Source: Myxococcota bacterium
GTDB taxonomy: Bacteria > Myxococcota_A > UBA796 > CAJQPC01
DNA: 64,000 nucleotides
Assembly: GCA_036012755.1 (NCBI GenBank)
Contig: DASCPX010000160.1
Coordinates: forward strand, 1 to 64,000
Direction: 5' to 3'
Shown piece after piece: positions 59,426 to 64,000 of the stretch. Every line of letters starts with the position of its first letter. The stretch's first letter is position 1. Under the pieces are notes generated by a model. The model was given only the letters and a program-made list of their open reading frames with translations. It searched no databases and was not told the DNA's origin. The position numbers and the translations under genes are program-made.

Positions 59426-59728
59426 TCAGGCCACCTTCAGCGCACCTTCGCGCCGGATGAGGTAGGCCAGGAAGCCGACGGACCCGGTGCCGATGGTCGC
59501 GGCGACCCAGGGCAGGGGCGACAGGCCGAGCTTCCTGGCGTCGCGCCACATCCAGACCAGCGCCAGCGCCACGAAGATGGCGAAGTCAGCGGCTGTCTGG
59601 ATGTTCGCCGGGGTGGCGAAGGCCGCCTCGATGATGGGCATTACGCCGCCGCTGGACCAGATGGACCAGGCGGAGACCGCGACGAAGTCGACCAGGACGA
59701 ATGAGAGAAGAACCTGCTTTGTGTTCAC
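59426..59728 (-). CDS. Small membrane protein (DUF2834-like)
   Basis: GGAGG+GTG; three TM helices; WMWRDARKLG and G.LAYL. Confidence 0.75.
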   Translation of the reverse strand: MNTKQVLLSFVLVDFVAVSAWSIWSSGGVMPIIEAAFATPANIQTAADFAIFVALALVWMWRDARKLGLSPLPWVAATIGTGSVGFLAYLIRREGALKVA

Positions 59729-59761
59729 GAGACCTCCGTTGTTGGTGTCACCTGGGCTTTC

Positions 59762-59776
59762 GCAAACGGCGTGCCA
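59762..59776 (-). promoter_or_regulatory. Sigma-54 (-24/-12) promoter
   Basis: Minus strand TGGCACGCCGTTTGC matches TGGCACG-N4-TTGC exactly, about 33 bp upstream of the start. Confidence 0.8.
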
Positions 59777-59895
59777 GCCCGAGACCGCCTGCCAGGGCTC
59801 GTGGACGAACCCTCCGTGGCCCATGCGCAACGTCGGCGTTGCAAGGCCGCGACACCCGGCTTACCGACCAGACCAAACTCATCGACGAGAACAAG

Positions 59896-60729
59896 ATGCT
59901 CCTTCTCCTTGGCCTGCTCGCTTGCGAGACGGACGTGGCCCGGATCCCCGGCGACCTCCCTCGCACCGGCGAGACCCTCGAGACCGTCAACGGCAAGCCG
60001 GTCACCCGCAGCATGCTGGACGCCCACCTCCGCGCGATGCCCGAAGAGGTCCGCGCCCAGGTCGAGGAGCAGGGCCAGGTCGACCAGCTCCAGGAGCAGG
60101 TCGTGGTCCAGGAGATGCTCGTCCAGGAGGCGCTCGCTCAGGACCTCCACGACGACGAGGACGTGAAGCTGATGCTGCTCATCGCAGAGCGTGAGGCCCT
60201 CGTCGAGGCGCTGTTGCGCAAGGTCGCGGCGGAGCGCACGACCGACGAGGCGCTCCAGGCCTACTACGACGAGCACAAGGTCCAGTACCGCAAGGACGAG
60301 GTGAAGCTCAGCCAGATCGTGACCAACGACCTGGAGACCGCAGAGGCCGCGGTGGCCGCCGCTGGTGTCGAGGGCGCGGCCTTCTCCGCCGTCGCCGGCG
60401 AGTACTCCATCGACCCTCGGGCGAAGGAAAACGGCGGCGAGGTGGGCTGGGTCAGCAAGCGGGAGATGCCACCGCAGCTCCAGGCAGCCCTGACAGAGGC
60501 CAAGGCCGGCGACATCGTCGGACCCATCGAGGTCCCTGGGGCCGTGCTCGTGTTGTTCATCGAGGACGCCCGTGAGCTCGTCCCCTTCGAGGACGTGCGA
60601 GATGAGCTCGAGCCGCAGGTCCAGCAGGCCGAGGTCCGCGCCTACGTCGAGGAGCTCCGCGACACGACCATCGCTCCCCAGGCGACCCTGGGCGCGCCAG
60701 AGCTGCCGGCCGCTCCAGAGGGCGGATGA
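59896..60729 (+). CDS. PpiC/parvulin-type peptidyl-prolyl isomerase lipoprotein (PrsA/SurA-like)
   Basis: MLLLLGLLAC; TVNGKPVT, EYSIDP...NGGEVGW, IVGPIE. Confidence 0.88.
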   Translation: MLLLLGLLACETDVARIPGDLPRTGETLETVNGKPVTRSMLDAHLRAMPEEVRAQVEEQGQVDQLQEQVVVQEMLVQEALAQDLHDDEDVKLMLLIAEREALVEALLRKVAAERTTDEALQAYYDEHKVQYRKDEVKLSQIVTNDLETAEAAVAAAGVEGAAFSAVAGEYSIDPRAKENGGEVGWVSKREMPPQLQAALTEAKAGDIVGPIEVPGAVLVLFIEDARELVPFEDVRDELEPQVQQAEVRAYVEELRDTTIAPQATLGAPELPAAPEGG

Positions 60730-61481
60730 GCGGTGTCCTGATCCTGGGGGCCAGCTCCGGGTTCGGGGCCGCCTCGGCGCGCGCCTTCGCGAGGGCCGGG
60801 CACGACGTCTTCGGCGTCCACCTCGACCGGAAGAGCACGATGCCCCTGGCGGAGGCCGTGGCTACCGACGTCGAGGCAGAGGGCCGGCGCTGCCGGATGT
60901 TCAACGTGAACGCCGCCGACGCAGACCGCCGCGAAGAGGTCCTCGCGGAGCTGGTCGACGAGGACATCGGGGTCCTTCTCCACTCCCTGGCCTTCGGCTC
61001 CTTGCGCCCCTTCACCGGGGAGCGGCCGCTGCAGCCCAAGCAGCTCACGATGACGCTCGAGGTGATGGCCCACTCCCTGGTCTGGTGGGCCCGCGGTCTC
61101 GTCGGCCAGGGCTCGATGAAGGCGGGTGGTCGTATCTTCTCGATGACCTCGTCGGGCTCGATCGTGGTCCTGCCGAGCTACGGCGCCGTCAGCGCAGCGA
61201 AGGCCGCCCTGGAGAGCCACACCCGCCAGCTCGCGGTCGAGCTCGCCCCCCTCGGCATCACGGCGAACTCGATCATGGCTGGCGTCACGGACACCCCGGC
61301 CCTGCAGAAGATCCCCGGCAAAGAGACGCTGATCGGCCTGGCCGCTCGGCGGAACCCCGGCGGTCGCCTCACTCGGCCAGAGGACGTGGCTGACGCCCTC
61401 GTCGAGCTCTCTCGCCCCGGGCTGGCCTGGATGACCGGCAACGTCATCCGCATCGACGGCGGCGAAGGGATCGTGGCCTGA
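60726..61481 (+). CDS. Enoyl-ACP reductase, FabL-like SDR
   Basis: GASSGFG, HSLAFG, YGAVSAAKAALE, TDTPAL, TGNVIRIDGG. Confidence 0.8.
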   Translation: MSGVLILGASSGFGAASARAFARAGHDVFGVHLDRKSTMPLAEAVATDVEAEGRRCRMFNVNAADADRREEVLAELVDEDIGVLLHSLAFGSLRPFTGERPLQPKQLTMTLEVMAHSLVWWARGLVGQGSMKAGGRIFSMTSSGSIVVLPSYGAVSAAKAALESHTRQLAVELAPLGITANSIMAGVTDTPALQKIPGKETLIGLAARRNPGGRLTRPEDVADALVELSRPGLAWMTGNVIRIDGGEGIVA

Positions 61482-62707
61482 GCCTCGAGGGCGCGATCCA
61501 GCCCCACTTCGCGGCCTGGCTCACCGGGAGCGCGAGGCTCGAGCGGCGGCGCGCACGCAGCGAGCTCTTCCGCAGCCTCTTCGGCAAGGACCACGAGCTC
61601 ACCTTCTGGCACCGGGCCGACTCCCCCCACTCCTGGCTCTTGACCCAGGTGCTGCCTGCCTTCGTCGAGCGCTACGACGTGGCCCTGTCCTGCCGCACCA
61701 TCGCTCCGCCGGACAGCGACGCCGTGTCACAGCCGGGGCTCTACCGGGACTGGGAGCTGGCCGACGCGATGAAGCTGGCACAGGTCCACGGACTCGAGGT
61801 GCCGAGGGTGGCTGCCACAGAGGTCGACGCCGCACATGGCCGGCTCGAGGGTCTCGACGGCCTGGACTACGTGGAGGCGGCCCGTGAGCTCGGGGCTCGA
61901 CTCTTCGCCGGCGAGGCCGTCACCGGTGAAGCCGCCGAGGCCTCCACGCTGGATGCCAACCTCGCTCGGCTCCACGGCGCCGGCCACTACCTGCCCGGCG
62001 TCCTCAGCTACGCCGGCGAGCACTACTGGAGTGTCGGCCGCCTGCCCCTGCTCGAGCGACGCCTCGAGGCCCTGGGAGCGGGCGAGGGCTCGTCCTCCAG
62101 CACCCGGAGTCCGACCCCGGTGAGCGGGCGATGCCTCGAGGTCTGGCTGTCGGCGAGGAGCCCCTACAGCTACCTGGCCATCTCGCGCATAGAGGCCATC
62201 GTCGCCGAGCACGACCTCGAGCTGATCGTGCGGCCCATCCTGCCCATGGTCATGCGCGGCATCCCAGCCCCCCGCCGCAAGCGCTTCGCGATCCTCTTCG
62301 ACGCTGCCCGCGAGGCCATGGACCTCTGCGTCCCCTTCGGCCGCATCTGCGACCCACTCGGCCCCGGGGTGGAGCGGGTGCTCGCGATCTGCCCCCTAGC
62401 CGAGCGAGAAGGCCTATCCCTGACCTGGCTGAACTCGGCGATGACCGGCATCTGGGCCGAGGGGATCGAGGTCGCGGAGGACGCCGGACTGCAGCAAGTC
62501 GTCGAGCGCGCCGGCCTCGACTGGGCGCAGGCGGAAGAAGCGCTGGCCGACGACAGCTGGCGCGCGATGGTCGAGGCCAACCGCCAGGCCCTGATGGCCG
62601 AGGGGCTCTGGGGTGTGCCGAGTTTCAAGCTGAGCGGTCCTGGGACCTGGACAGCTTGGGGCCAGGACCGCTTGTGGATCCTGCGCGCCGCACTGGAGGC
62701 TTCGTGA
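61478..62707 (+). CDS. DsbA-family protein with two HCCA-isomerase/GST-kappa-like domains
   Basis: DSPHSWL and RSPYSYL, RPILPMVMRG, GLWGVPSF, WGQDRL; frame open back to a CTGA overlap. Confidence 0.85.
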   Translation: MSLEGAIQPHFAAWLTGSARLERRRARSELFRSLFGKDHELTFWHRADSPHSWLLTQVLPAFVERYDVALSCRTIAPPDSDAVSQPGLYRDWELADAMKLAQVHGLEVPRVAATEVDAAHGRLEGLDGLDYVEAARELGARLFAGEAVTGEAAEASTLDANLARLHGAGHYLPGVLSYAGEHYWSVGRLPLLERRLEALGAGEGSSSSTRSPTPVSGRCLEVWLSARSPYSYLAISRIEAIVAEHDLELIVRPILPMVMRGIPAPRRKRFAILFDAAREAMDLCVPFGRICDPLGPGVERVLAICPLAEREGLSLTWLNSAMTGIWAEGIEVAEDAGLQQVVERAGLDWAQAEEALADDSWRAMVEANRQALMAEGLWGVPSFKLSGPGTWTAWGQDRLWILRAALEAS

Positions 62708-63906
62708 TCCTTCTGTTGGCATGCAACGGCCCGGACTGGCAGGGGGACGACCCGGTCTCCGCGGTCGACGACACGGGCGCCCTCGACACCAGCGACACCG
62801 GCTCGCCGACAGAAGACGACTACGACATCTTCGAGCAGATGCGGGACGGCGAGCTCGACGCCGAGGCCGGCTTCTACGCCGTCGCAGCCAGCGGCGGGTG
62901 GCCCATCGAGCACGACGGCGCCTGCGTCTTCGCGGCCCTCGACGAGGGCTCAGAGGTCTCCTTGGCCGGCGACCACAACGACTGGACCCCGGAGCCAATG
63001 ACCCTCGGGGACATCTGGTGGGCGGAGGTCGAGATCGCCGCGCCCGAGGGCAGCCTCTACAAGTTCGTCGTCGAAGGGGACTACGTCGCGGACGACTGGT
63101 CCCGGGCCTACGGCTACGACGACTTCGGCGCCTACAGCCTCGTCGAGGGCGGCGGAGGCAACCTCGAGTGGTGGCTGATCGACGGTCGGGTGGTGCGGGT
63201 CTGGGTGCCGCTCGGCGCCGTGACCCACCAGCTCTACGTGGCCGACGGACAGAACCTCTTCGACCCCGACGCGGCCTACGGCGGCTGGCGCCTCCAGGAG
63301 GTGCTCGGCTCCGGCACGATGGCCATCGGCATCGACAACAGCGGCGCCGGTCGCCTCGACGAGTACGGCCCTGTCGAGGACGACATCGGCGACGGAGACG
63401 TCTACGGCGGCGGCGGCGACGCCTACGCCGACTGGGTGCTCGAGATCGTCAGGCCGAAGATGGAGGCCGAGTACGGCGCGGCCGGGACCAGGGGGCTCAT
63501 GGGCTCCTCCATGGGTGGGCTCATCAGCCTCTACATGGGCTTCCGTGACCCGGCCGAGTGGGACTACGCGGCCTCGCTCTCGGGCACCCTCGGCTGGGGC
63601 AGCATCGGCTACGACGACCCCGTGATCTTCGAGGCGGCGACAGAGAAAAAGGACATCGCGGTCTTCCTCGACAGCGGCGGCACAGAGGGCAGCGGCTGCG
63701 TCGACAGCGACGGCGACGGCGTAGAGGACGACGGAAACGGCAGCGACAACTACTGCGTCAACCGCCAGCTCGCGGACCTGCTGGCCGACACCGGCTGGAG
63801 CTGGGAGACCGACCTCTGGCACTGGCACGAGGCCGGCGCGACCCACAACGAGGCCGCCTGGGCAGACCGGGTCTGGCGCCCGGTGAGCTACTTCGAGGGC
63901 TTGTAG
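62704..63906 (+). CDS. Esterase-family alpha/beta hydrolase lipoprotein with a CBM48-like domain
   Basis: MILLLAC; LAGDHNDW, YKFVV, DGQNLFD, GSSMGG, HNEAAWADR. Confidence 0.85.
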   Translation: MILLLACNGPDWQGDDPVSAVDDTGALDTSDTGSPTEDDYDIFEQMRDGELDAEAGFYAVAASGGWPIEHDGACVFAALDEGSEVSLAGDHNDWTPEPMTLGDIWWAEVEIAAPEGSLYKFVVEGDYVADDWSRAYGYDDFGAYSLVEGGGGNLEWWLIDGRVVRVWVPLGAVTHQLYVADGQNLFDPDAAYGGWRLQEVLGSGTMAIGIDNSGAGRLDEYGPVEDDIGDGDVYGGGGDAYADWVLEIVRPKMEAEYGAAGTRGLMGSSMGGLISLYMGFRDPAEWDYAASLSGTLGWGSIGYDDPVIFEAATEKKDIAVFLDSGGTEGSGCVDSDGDGVEDDGNGSDNYCVNRQLADLLADTGWSWETDLWHWHEAGATHNEAAWADRVWRPVSYFEGL

Positions 63907-64000
63907 CTGGCCGACTCCGCTCGGGTCGCGATGATCTCGACGTTCCCCTCGGGGCCGTTTGCCAGCCCATGCACGCTGAAGTCGACGCCGCCCGGGGCTG
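63888..64000 (-). CDS. Probable 3' end of a CDS entering from the right edge
   Basis: Open frame ...GGVDFSVHGLANGPEGNVEIIATRAESASYKPSK*. Confidence 0.45.
   Translation of the reverse strand, partial: APGGVDFSVHGLANGPEGNVEIIATRAESASYKPSK

Overview
GC-rich, very tightly packed bacterial chromosome segment. Gene content (TonB-C/TonB-receptor fusion, Ser/Thr kinases, CsgA-like SDR, type III PKS-FAAL cluster) suggests a Myxococcota-like organism; this is inference only. About 55 genes are supported. Housekeeping and metabolic genes: ppa, fdhD, recQ, glpD, fadA/fadN-type beta-oxidation pair, folB, ftcd, fabL-like SDR, PpiC foldase. Also present are an arsM-arsR unit, a type III PKS/O-methyltransferase/ACP/FAAL operon with a divergent desaturase, and many secreted proteins of unknown function. 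No rRNA, tRNA or CRISPR array was recognised. Main observations: (1) an operon at 21.5-32.6 kb combining a pseudokinase with two ubiquitin-like domains, a degenerate-FHA/lytic transglycosylase, an intact kinase and TPR proteins; (2) about 15 lipoproteins whose signal peptides are only 6-11 residues long; (3) a ~240 bp MITE-like element; (4) duplicated 'gene tail + coupled lipoprotein' modules; (5) a decayed sigma-54 two-component system; (6) several in-frame stops and homopolymer frameshifts that may be sequencing errors. All product calls come from motif recognition by eye; no searches were run.
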